The notes below the pieces were generated by a model. That model was not told the origin of the DNA. It saw nothing but the letters and a program-made list of their open reading frames with translations, and did not search any database. This document shows positions 1 through 7,303 of a stretch of 36,477 bases of DNA, in pieces (within the stretch, counting starts at the first letter, position 1; the number at the start of each line of letters is the position of its first letter). The translations under genes and the position numbers were made by a program. Source of the DNA: Aquificota bacterium (GTDB lineage: Bacteria > Aquificota > Aquificia > Aquificales > QOAS01); the NCBI GenBank assembly GCA_026987085.1, contig JALSNH010000145.1:1-36477 (forward strand), given 5' to 3'.

Positions 1-211
1 TTTCAACATAATCGATAAATACCGGAATATCGTTTCCTACCGGGCATCCCGCCTTACACCTTTTGTCGTAGTCCCTGCAGAAGATACACCTATCGCTCTC
101 ATCCAAAACTTGGTTGACCGTATAACCGAGGTCGTATTCCTTAAAAGTTTTTTTACGCTCCTCCGCCGGCAAAAGGCAGGTTTCATTTCTATCGAGCCAC
201 CTAATGGCCAT
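1..211 (-). CDS. GltD/NfnB (SudA)-type NAD(P)H oxidoreductase, N-terminal fragment; gene runs off the left edge
   Basis: Not in the ORF track. My minus-strand translation from ATG 211-209 gives MAIRWLDRNETCLLPAEERKKTFKEYDLGYTVNQVLDESDRCIFCRDYDKRCKAGCPVGNDIPVFIDYVE. The Cys pattern (C-x2-C ... C-x3-CP) followed by IPxFI matches the N-terminal Fe-S region of glutamate synthase small subunit / NfnB family. AAGGAGG (minus strand, 227-221) lies 9 nt upstream. Confidence 0.65.
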   Translation of the reverse strand, partial: MAIRWLDRNETCLLPAEERKKTFKEYDLGYTVNQVLDESDRCIFCRDYDKRCKAGCPVGNDIPVFIDYVE

Positions 212-225
212 TTTTAAAAACCTCC

Positions 226-690
226 TTAGGTAGTTTTTAAAAGGTTTCTCTCACCCAAATAGGTTTTAAAACGTTCAAAAATCTCCAAAAGAAGTTCGCT
301 CTTATTTAAGGCCTCTTTGAGGTCTTCAATAATTTTTTCCGTCTCCCAAGGGTAGGTACAGGTCATTTTGTTTCTTAACGCCCTAAGTTGAAACCACTCT
401 TCACTTGAAACCAATCCAAGTTTTTCTAATCTATTTAACCAGTCCAAAAAGGGTTGGTTCTCTATATCCTCACCGAGCACCTTTAAAGTGAGTGGAAAAA
501 GTTTTTTCCCCAAAGCGTCTTGGAACTTTGTAAACCTGAAAATGAAAGAATCTATCACCGCTACCTTTTGAGGGTCTTCGAAAAGCTCCTCACTAATTTC
601 TCCCCATTCCTCTATCTGCTTTTTTGCAAAGAGCATCCTCGCCTTGTGTTTTTCCAGTTCCTCTATTACCTTTTGAAGGTTCCTTAACAT
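226..690 (-). CDS. HEPN-like nucleotidyltransferase substrate-binding protein (HI0074/PF08780-like), partner of the upstream MNT; canonical Rx4-6H histidine absent
   Basis: 154 aa. The segment FIFRFTKFQDALGKKLF ... EEWFQLRALRNKMTCTYPWE follows the HI0074-family pattern (...W..m...RN.tsHtY..) but reads RNKMTCTY. It overlaps the upstream NTase gene by 7 nt, which is typical TA coupling. Confidence 0.55.
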   Translation of the reverse strand: MLRNLQKVIEELEKHKARMLFAKKQIEEWGEISEELFEDPQKVAVIDSFIFRFTKFQDALGKKLFPLTLKVLGEDIENQPFLDWLNRLEKLGLVSSEEWFQLRALRNKMTCTYPWETEKIIEDLKEALNKSELLLEIFERFKTYLGERNLLKTT

Positions 691-956
691 AACCTCACAC
701 CTTTGGTTTTTGCCTCTATAGCTATCTCCGATGTTGAGCCAAACTTTTCAACCACAACATCTATCTTTTGCTCCCCTATCCTCATGTAGAGTTTGGCTAA
801 AAATTTGACCACCTTTTGAGTTTTGTAGCCTTCCCCTGTTTCCAGATAGAGGTCTATATCCCCTCCCCTCCTATTTAGGTCAGTTCTGGAACCGAACAAC
901 CAGAGTTTTACCGAGTTTCCGAAAACCTCTTTTGCAGTTTTCACAATCTCCTCCAC
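684..956 (-). CDS. Minimal nucleotidyltransferase (MNT/MntA-like, Pol-beta superfamily), putative antitoxin
   Basis: 90 aa. LWLFGSRTDLNRRGGDIDLYLE matches the hG[GS]-x9-13-Dh[DE]h NTase signature. GTG start. Overlaps the HEPN-like gene. Confidence 0.75.
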   Translation of the reverse strand: MEEIVKTAKEVFGNSVKLWLFGSRTDLNRRGGDIDLYLETGEGYKTQKVVKFLAKLYMRIGEQKIDVVVEKFGSTSEIAIEAKTKGVRLC

Positions 957-982
957 CCACCCTTTGGGGAGACGGACTCTGT

Positions 983-1894
983 TTATTGTTCCTTTTTTTG
1001 TTGCTGCTTTTTTCTCTTTAACCTCGGTAAGAGCTTGTTAACAAAGTATTCGAGGTTTTCCTTTTCAAGGTCCCAATAGTAGCCACTTCTGAAGGCGACA
1101 TTCTTCCAATCAACCGCATTTCCGTCGAGGTAAGGTCCTTCTAAGCAGTTTTGGACCATTTTGTCGCCAACTTTCACCCTGCAGGTTAAGCAAAGTCCGC
1201 TGGTGCAGAGCATCATCGAAGCAACGAGCGAGATATTTTTAATGCCCTTCTCTTTGGTAGCCTCGGCGAGTATCTCACCCTGACCGGTTCCACCGGCGTA
1301 AACTACGAGGTCGGGAGTTCCCTTTTCGTTAATAAAGTCCTCAAGTGCTTGAATTACACCGCCCTCTCTGCCGTATTCGTCATCTTCGGTGTAAACGGAG
1401 ACCTTTTCTTCTCCAAAGAGCTCCTTGTACTCCTTTTCGCAGTAGATGTTTTCCCTGCTGCCGCCTACGATAGCGATGTAAACGTCATTACCCGCATCGG
1501 CCAAAGCTTTAGCTATAGGGTAGTTGGCCCCCGCCCCCCAACCGTGGCCGATAACAAGGACGGTTCCATATTTTTCCACAGGGAAAGGATTACCATTAGG
1601 ACCTTCCACGTTAAAAAACTCGTCCCCTTCCTCAAAAAGTTCAACGAGTTCTACCGTTGCCCTATTGTAGGCCTCTACAAGAATGGAAAAGGTTCCCTTT
1701 TGAGGATTTATTTCCACAATCTGCATCGGTTGGCGGGGACTTAGCTCGGTAGCTTGGAAGGTAACAAACTGGCCAGCTTTGGCCTTATTTGCCACCAAAG
1801 GGTGGTAGATTTCCAAAAAGTACCCTCTTGGGGAAACCTGTTTTTTCGATACCAATTTGGGTTTATCTAGCAGCTCCAACACTTTGGCGGTCAT
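983..1894 (-). CDS. PyrK/NfnA/SudB-type FAD/NAD(P)-binding [2Fe-2S] electron-transfer subunit
   Basis: 303 aa. It has a ferredoxin-reductase-like layout: an RQPMQI FAD-site-like motif, a VLVIGHGWGAG nucleotide-binding loop, and C-terminal C-x4-C-x2-C-x11-C (CTSGLCLTCRVKVGDKMVQNC), as in PyrK/NfnA. A co-oriented GltD/NfnB-like gene lies downstream. Confidence 0.75.
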   Translation of the reverse strand: MTAKVLELLDKPKLVSKKQVSPRGYFLEIYHPLVANKAKAGQFVTFQATELSPRQPMQIVEINPQKGTFSILVEAYNRATVELVELFEEGDEFFNVEGPNGNPFPVEKYGTVLVIGHGWGAGANYPIAKALADAGNDVYIAIVGGSRENIYCEKEYKELFGEEKVSVYTEDDEYGREGGVIQALEDFINEKGTPDLVVYAGGTGQGEILAEATKEKGIKNISLVASMMLCTSGLCLTCRVKVGDKMVQNCLEGPYLDGNAVDWKNVAFRSGYYWDLEKENLEYFVNKLLPRLKRKKQQQKKEQ

Positions 1895-2123
1895 TAACTA
1901 TCCTCCCTTCTTGAGTTTTTGTTAAATGATAACAAAAAGGTAGAATAGGAAATCAAAACAGATAGGAATATACCCCTTTTTGGAAAACCTTACCTTTTAT
2001 AGAAAATTTGCGGGCTAAAACCCTATTATGAAGTGATACAAACCCACTCCGAAGCTCCGTATCTTTGATGCAAGGTAGTTTGCTTTTATATTTTATTCTC
2101 TTAATACAGAATTCTTTTGTGCT

Positions 2124-3164
2124 ATGGCTTTCCGAAGCTTGTGGCAAATTTCTAAAAATTCCTTAATTGCGAATATAAAAAATATAGCCCGCTTCGCGGG
2201 AAAAAAAATTATCGCTGTAGTAAAAGCAAACGCTTACGGCCATGGAGCTAAAGAGGTTGCACATCTGTTGGAACCTTTGAAAGAGATTGAGTTTTTCGCC
2301 GTAGCCACACCCGAAGAGGGAGCCAAACTTCGGAAAGCCGGTATTAGAAAACCCATTTTAGTTCTATTTGGCTTTTTGCCTTGGGAGGTACCTTTACTAA
2401 AAATCTATAGGCTCACACCGGTGGTGGGAAATTTTAAAGAACTGAGGTTGGTATTGAATTTAAAGATTCCTTACCATCTCAACATCGATACAGGTATGGG
2501 AAGGTGCGGCTTTTTGGTTCCCCCCTACGAACTTCTAAAAAGATTTCCACCTGAAGGGGTTATGAGCCATTTTCCCTCCGCCGATATAGATAGAACATTT
2601 ACTGAAAACCAAATAAGGGAGTTTTACAAATTAACCCTCCCTTTAAGAGGGATTAAATACCTACACATTCAAAACTCCGCCGGTTTGGTTTATAAAGCTT
2701 TTTACACCAACCTTGTTAGGGTAGGTCTTGCAATTTATGGGGAGTATTCCTCTCCCCTTCTAAAAGAAAAGGGTTTGAAGCTATTCTTTCCTTCCGAGGT
2801 AAGTTCCCCAATTCTAACCGTTAAAAGACTCCCTAAGGGAAGTTGTATCTCTTACGGTTGCAGATATAAATTGAAAAAAGCTTCGTGGATAGGAATTATT
2901 CCCTTCGGCTACGCCGATGGGCTAAATAGAAAATTTTCCAACCGTTTAAAGGTCTTTTATAAAGAAAAAAGCTTTCCTATCGTGGGAAACATAACAATGG
3001 ACCTTTCGGTGGTCAATTTTGGAAATAATAAACCATCGGAAGGAGAGAGGGTCATTTTGATCGATAGAAGGCAAAAATTTAGCGATTTGGCCTCCCTTAT
3101 TGGAACCATTCCTTACGAAATTATGACCTCCATAGGGGAAAGGGTGAAGAGAATTTTTCGTTAA
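2124..3164 (+). CDS. alr: Alanine racemase
   Basis: VVKANAYGHGAKEVA is the PLP-lysine motif. The length and the C-terminal IPYEIMTSIGERVKR are typical of Alr. Confidence 0.9.
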   Translation: MAFRSLWQISKNSLIANIKNIARFAGKKIIAVVKANAYGHGAKEVAHLLEPLKEIEFFAVATPEEGAKLRKAGIRKPILVLFGFLPWEVPLLKIYRLTPVVGNFKELRLVLNLKIPYHLNIDTGMGRCGFLVPPYELLKRFPPEGVMSHFPSADIDRTFTENQIREFYKLTLPLRGIKYLHIQNSAGLVYKAFYTNLVRVGLAIYGEYSSPLLKEKGLKLFFPSEVSSPILTVKRLPKGSCISYGCRYKLKKASWIGIIPFGYADGLNRKFSNRLKVFYKEKSFPIVGNITMDLSVVNFGNNKPSEGERVILIDRRQKFSDLASLIGTIPYEIMTSIGERVKRIFR

Positions 3165-3902
3165 ATGGATCTTTCTTTTTTCAAAACCGCTAGGGTATTT
3201 TTAAGATTAAAAGGAAACCTAAAAGCGGTTAGACATCCATCTATTCCCTCTTTAGAGGATTTTGTAGGATTTGAACGGCAAAAGGAACTTTTAAAAAAAA
3301 ATACCTTAGCCCTTTTGAAAGGTGAAGCTTTTAACGATATCCTCCTGTGGGGTAAAAGGGGAACGGGAAAGAGTTCCTTGGTTCGGGCAATGTTAAATCT
3401 CTCTCCGGAGCTAAAACTTTTACAGGTAGACAGAGAAGAAGTAGATTTTCTCTTTGATTTCCTAGATGCAGCCCACGATTTGGAGAATTTGAAATTTATA
3501 ATCCTCCTAGAGGATTTAACGTTTGACCGTTCCGAGGAAAGGTCTATAAGACTCTTGAAAACCCTTTTGGATGGTTCGGTTATAAAAAGACCTAATAATG
3601 TAGTATTTTACGCAACCTCCAACTTGAGGAACCTAACTTTAAAACCCGATGAAAACACCTCCAATCGCGAACTGGAAGAGGAACTTTTCTCCTTGGTAGA
3701 CCGTTTTGGATTAAGATTGGGATTTAACAATTTTTCCAAGGAGGACTATCTAAAGGCTGTAAAGCTACATCTTGAAAAATTTGGGGTCAAATTTAGCCCG
3801 GCGATAAAAAAGGCCTCTTTAGAGTTTGCTGCCGAACGAGGTTTTTCGGGAAGGGTAGCTATCCACTTTGTCAAATTTTGGTTATCAACCGTTAAAAGGT
3901 AG
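3165..3902 (+). CDS. DUF815-family P-loop ATPase
   Basis: LLWGKRGTGKSSLVRA is a Walker A motif in the context typical of PF05673/DUF815. The ATG abuts the alr stop (TAAATG). Confidence 0.7.
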   Translation: MDLSFFKTARVFLRLKGNLKAVRHPSIPSLEDFVGFERQKELLKKNTLALLKGEAFNDILLWGKRGTGKSSLVRAMLNLSPELKLLQVDREEVDFLFDFLDAAHDLENLKFIILLEDLTFDRSEERSIRLLKTLLDGSVIKRPNNVVFYATSNLRNLTLKPDENTSNRELEEELFSLVDRFGLRLGFNNFSKEDYLKAVKLHLEKFGVKFSPAIKKASLEFAAERGFSGRVAIHFVKFWLSTVKR

Positions 3903-3924
3903 AAGGTATGCTTCAATAACCACC

Positions 3925-5070
3925 ATGGGGCGGATAGAAAAGGTAAGTCCTTTCATAGTTATGGAGATTCTCGAAAAGGCTAAAGAACTAGAAAAAAAAG
4001 GAAGAGATATAGTCCATATGGAAATAGGGGAACCCGACCTGCCCCCCTCCCCAAGGGTGTTGGAAAAGATTGAAAAGGTAAAAAAAGAGGCCAACCACTA
4101 TACCCCCTCTTTAGGAATTTGGGAACTGCGGGAAGAGATAGCTTACTATTACTGGAGGAAATATAGGGTCTATATATCTCCCGAAAGAATTTTAATAACC
4201 ACCGGAACGAGCGGAGCGTTTTCCCTTATATTTTCCGCCCTCTTTGAACCGGGTGAAGGTATTGTTTTCACCGACCCAGGGTATCCCTGTTATAAAAACT
4301 TTGCACAGATTTACTGTTTGGAACCATTCACGGTACAAATAGATAACTCAACCAACTATGAGTTGAGAAGTTTTCACCTTGAAGAGTTAAAAGGTTATAC
4401 GGAACACTATAAAGGATTTTTAATAACCTCCCCTTCCAACCCAGTCGGGAATATTTATTCAAAATCTACCCTAAAGGAGTTGGCCAACTATGCGGAGAAG
4501 GAGGATTTACTTTTTATCTCCGATGAAATTTACCATGGTTTAAATTACGAAAAGGAAGTTCATACCGCCTTGGAATTTACCGACAAGGCTATAGTGGTAA
4601 ACGGTTTTTCCAAATATTTCTGTATGCCCGGTTTTAGATTAGGATGGGTTATCGTTCCCAAAAAATATGTCCGCCCTATGCAGATAATTGCCCAAAATCT
4701 ATTCATATCCCCTCCAACCTTAAGTCAGCTGGTGGCTATTGAAGCTTTAAGGGACGATACCTATTTAAAAAAGGTAAGAAACACTTTCAAAGAAAGAAGG
4801 GATTACTTATATAGCGAGCTAAGTAAGCTATTTAAAATAGAAACCCCACCCGAAGGGGCCTTTTATATTTGGGCAAATATAGAAAAGTATTCAAAAAACA
4901 GTTTAAAGTTTGCTAAAGATTTATTGGAAAAGGCGGGAGTGGCGGTCACCCCCGGTGTGGACTTTGGTGAAAACAAAACCAACCTTTACATCCGCTTTGC
5001 TTATACCGCCTCCTTAGATAGGTTGAAAGAGGGAGTTGAACGCATTAAAAGGTTTTTAGAAAACTATTGA
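3925..5070 (+). CDS. Class I/II pyridoxal-phosphate aminotransferase (aspartate aminotransferase-like)
   Basis: GEPDLPP, the NGFSKYFCMPGFRLGW PLP-lysine motif and NPSNPVGN-like SPSNPVGN are present. I prefer the internal ATG at 3925 (MGRIEKVSPF...) to the track start at 3868, which overlaps the upstream gene. Confidence 0.85.
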   Translation: MGRIEKVSPFIVMEILEKAKELEKKGRDIVHMEIGEPDLPPSPRVLEKIEKVKKEANHYTPSLGIWELREEIAYYYWRKYRVYISPERILITTGTSGAFSLIFSALFEPGEGIVFTDPGYPCYKNFAQIYCLEPFTVQIDNSTNYELRSFHLEELKGYTEHYKGFLITSPSNPVGNIYSKSTLKELANYAEKEDLLFISDEIYHGLNYEKEVHTALEFTDKAIVVNGFSKYFCMPGFRLGWVIVPKKYVRPMQIIAQNLFISPPTLSQLVAIEALRDDTYLKKVRNTFKERRDYLYSELSKLFKIETPPEGAFYIWANIEKYSKNSLKFAKDLLEKAGVAVTPGVDFGENKTNLYIRFAYTASLDRLKEGVERIKRFLENY

Positions 5071-5315
5071 GCCTCCAAATGTTTTTTTAAAGCCTCTATC
5101 TCCTTCCAAAGGAGATCCCTTTCCTTTTCAAGGACCTCTATTCGTTTTAAAAGTTCTTTTCTTTCCTCCCGGAGTAATTTTATAAGGTCAAAAAGTTGAT
5201 CCAACATTTTCTGTTGATTTTCAATCTGCACCCAAATTTCGGTATGAACCTTTTCTATTTTTATCAACCTTTTACGGTTCTCTTCATTGTAATAATCCCT
5301 GTCGTAGATACTCAT
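5064..5315 (-). CDS. Small coiled-coil protein, function unknown
   Basis: 83 aa with a heptad-rich, K/E/L-rich C-terminal half (LLREERKELLKRIEVLEKERDLLWKEIEALKKHLEA). No recognisable family. Confidence 0.4.
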   Translation of the reverse strand: MSIYDRDYYNEENRKRLIKIEKVHTEIWVQIENQQKMLDQLFDLIKLLREERKELLKRIEVLEKERDLLWKEIEALKKHLEAQ

Positions 5316-5329
5316 AGGAGATTAAATTA

Positions 5330-5563
5330 TTAGGCCTTTTCAGGTAGGTCGATTTCAAAAATCTTCTCTTTCGAAGTTTCACCTTTAATCAATTTCACCC
5401 TCGATTTGGGAATTTTAAAAAATTCCGCCAAAAGTTCTCTTATTTTTTCATTTGCCCGACCTTTTTCCGGGGGAGCATTTACTCTAACCTCGTAGAGGTT
5501 ATTTTCAATGCGCTTTACTCCCTCTTTTTTCGATTTAGGCTTGGCTTTAACTTTTATAAGCAT
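5330..5563 (-). CDS. DUF167 (YggU) family protein
   Basis: 77 aa. VRVNAPPEKGRANEKIRELLAEFFKIPKSRVKLIKGETSKEKIFEI matches the YggU pattern (G[KR]AN...L...L.....S.V.I..G..S..K). Confidence 0.7.
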   Translation of the reverse strand: MLIKVKAKPKSKKEGVKRIENNLYEVRVNAPPEKGRANEKIRELLAEFFKIPKSRVKLIKGETSKEKIFEIDLPEKA

Positions 5564-5600
5564 TATTAAATAATTAATTAAAGGCAGTGCAAAGCGAAAA

Positions 5601-6092
5601 TTATTTTTTCAATAAACCGAGTTCTTTAAGAATTCTTTCAACGTGCCCTTTTGCTCTTACATTTCTCCACGCCTTTTTAATAACACCGTCCTCTATATAA
5701 AAGGTACTTCTTATAATACCTTTAGTAATTTTTCCATAGCTTTTCTTTTCCCCATAGGCACCAAACATTTCCGCAACCTTTTTATCAATATCCGAAAGAA
5801 GTATAAAGTTGAGGTTGTGTTTTTCTTTAAACCTTTTGTGTGATTGGACACTATCGGGTGAAATTCCTATAACGGTTATCCCGTAATTTTTTATTAAATT
5901 CAGATTATCCCTAAAATCGCACGCCTCGGTGGTGCAGCCGGGAGTATTATCTTTAGGGTAAAAATAAATAATTACCTTTCCTTTAGCAAAATCTTTAAAA
6001 CAAAACTCCTTTTCCTGGCCATTTTCATCGATACCTTTAAGGCAGAAGTTAGGAACTTTGTCCCCTTCCTGAAGAAACTTCTTCGATTCCAT
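5601..6092 (-). CDS. bcp: Thioredoxin-dependent thiol peroxidase (peroxiredoxin Bcp)
   Basis: FYPKDNTPGCTTEACDFRD is the Bcp/PrxQ active-site motif. 163 aa. Confidence 0.9.
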   Translation of the reverse strand: MESKKFLQEGDKVPNFCLKGIDENGQEKEFCFKDFAKGKVIIYFYPKDNTPGCTTEACDFRDNLNLIKNYGITVIGISPDSVQSHKRFKEKHNLNFILLSDIDKKVAEMFGAYGEKKSYGKITKGIIRSTFYIEDGVIKKAWRNVRAKGHVERILKELGLLKK

Positions 6093-6192
6093 AAAAAGGT
6101 TAGTATGCCTACTAAAGAGGTGTTTCTCACATAAGAATTTAACAGGTAAGCAGCAAGTTAAGCTTAAAAATAGATTTTTAATTATTCGGCAA

Positions 6193-6201
6193 TGCTATAA
6201 T
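6193..6201 (+). promoter_or_regulatory. Candidate extended -10 promoter element for rpsO
   Basis: TGcTATAAT at 6193-6201, about 35 nt upstream of the rpsO ATG. No good -35 seen. Confidence 0.4.
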
Positions 6202-6236
6202 AGCTAAGTTCACCAAATTTAAAGGAGGTGGAAAAA

Positions 6237-6521
6237 ATGGCCTTACCCAAGGACACAATTGAAAAAATTATTAAAGAGTATCAGAGACATGAGAAGGATA
6301 CCGGCTCCCCCGAAGTTCAAATTGCAATTTTGACCGAAAAAATCCAAAGGCTAACCGAACATCTAAAAAGACATAAAAAAGATATCCACTCCCGCAGGGG
6401 ACTTATAGCTATGGTTAACAAAAGAAGAAGACTTCTCGAATATCTCAAAGAGACCGATTACAACAAATATGTTGATATAGTTAAGAAACTTGGTATCAGA
6501 ATTTCTAAAACTTCGGTTTAA
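6237..6521 (+). CDS. rpsO: 30S ribosomal protein S15
   Basis: [48 protein letters not shown] is the canonical S15 sequence pattern. ATG 6237 lies 6 nt after AAAGGAGGTG, so I prefer it to the GTG at 6228. Confidence 0.95.
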   Translation: MALPKDTIEKIIKEYQRHEKDTGSPEVQIAILTEKIQRLTEHLKRHKKDIHSRRGLIAMVNKRRRLLEYLKETDYNKYVDIVKKLGIRISKTSV

Positions 6522-6526
6522 GCTGT

Positions 6527-6564
6527 GGGGGGAATCTCTACCCCTCCGGGGATTCCCCTTTTTT
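6527..6564 (+). terminator. Rho-independent terminator after rpsO
   Basis: GGGGGGAATC (6527-6536) pairs with GATTCCCC (6551-6558) and is followed by TTTTTT (6559-6564). Confidence 0.7.
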
Positions 6565-6589
6565 CATTCAAAGTTAATATAGTGAATTT

Positions 6590-7267
6590 ATGTCCAATAA
6601 ACCCTATACGATAATAACTTCCGAAATTACCGTAGATGGAAAACTAACCCTCTACAGGGGAGCTTCCTCAAAAGAGTTAATGACTTTTATGGATGTGGAG
6701 GCCTACAAATACCTACACCAAATAAGGGCCAAAGTAGATGCCATAATGGTAGGTTGCGAAACGGTAAGAACCGACAATCCCTCTTTAACTGTTCGATATG
6801 TTGAAGGCAAGAATCCTATAAGGATAATTCCCTGTGGAAGTGGAAATATTCCTTTAGATGCCAATATCTTTTCGAAGGATTCGGAAACTTGGATTTTAAC
6901 AACCCCAAAAATGCCCGAGGATGTAAGAAAGGCCATAGAAAGCAAAGGGCATAAAGTTTTTCTCTTTCAAAAAGAGAAACTGGACTTTAAAGAAATTTGG
7001 GAATTTTTATACAAAAAGGGTATTAGAAGTATTTTGGTAGAGGGAGGATCGAACGTTAACTGGCAGTTGGTAAAAAACAACCTTGTTGATGAAGTTAGAC
7101 TAATACATATACCGGTAATAGTAGGTGGTGAAGATATTCCTACTTTGGTTGGTGGAGAAGGCTTTAAAGCCCTTTCAAAGCTTTTACATTTAAGACTTCG
7201 TTCCCATTTTGTGAGAGGAAGGCAACTTATCACCGAATGGGAAGTTGTAAAAGATAAGAAGGCCTAA
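6590..7267 (+). CDS. Stand-alone RibD C-terminal-type reductase (diaminohydroxyphosphoribosylaminopyrimidine / 2,5-diamino-6-ribosylamino-pyrimidinone 5-phosphate reductase)
   Basis: ITSEITVDGKL, MVGCETVRTDNPSLTVR, LVEGGSNVNWQL and DEVRLIHIPVIVGG are RibD reductase-domain motifs. There is no deaminase domain. Confidence 0.8.
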   Translation: MSNKPYTIITSEITVDGKLTLYRGASSKELMTFMDVEAYKYLHQIRAKVDAIMVGCETVRTDNPSLTVRYVEGKNPIRIIPCGSGNIPLDANIFSKDSETWILTTPKMPEDVRKAIESKGHKVFLFQKEKLDFKEIWEFLYKKGIRSILVEGGSNVNWQLVKNNLVDEVRLIHIPVIVGGEDIPTLVGGEGFKALSKLLHLRLRSHFVRGRQLITEWEVVKDKKA

Positions 7268-7303
7268 TCTTGTTTAGGTGTTTTTTTATCCTTTATCCTC
7301 TTA

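Noticed and set aside
1349-1744. 131-aa plus-strand ORF inside the NfnA-like gene. Similar antisense or shadow ORFs occur at 3885-4094, 5643-5843, 6703-7233, 7556-7972, 8671-8979, 10128-10316, 11665-11907, 14671-14949, 15163-15381, 16221-16535, 16906-17273, 18599-18854, 21403-21600, 24885-25568, 27263-27632, 28140-28328, 28830-29129, 29810-30028, 30458-30837, 31276-31458, 32340-33044, 33724-33978 and 36188-36379.
   Set aside because: Each lies entirely within, and opposite to or out of frame with, a gene that has strong family motifs. The translations are low-complexity or hydrophobic with no recognisable motifs, so they are typical shadow ORFs.
1953-2147. 64-aa minus-strand ORF in the nfnA-alr spacer, overlapping the alr start
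   Set aside because: No SD, no motif, and it overlaps the alr start. It is probably non-coding promoter region. A TTGTTA-aatga-TAACAA palindrome (1919-1935) followed by TAGAAT lies here, but I could not tie it to a gene.
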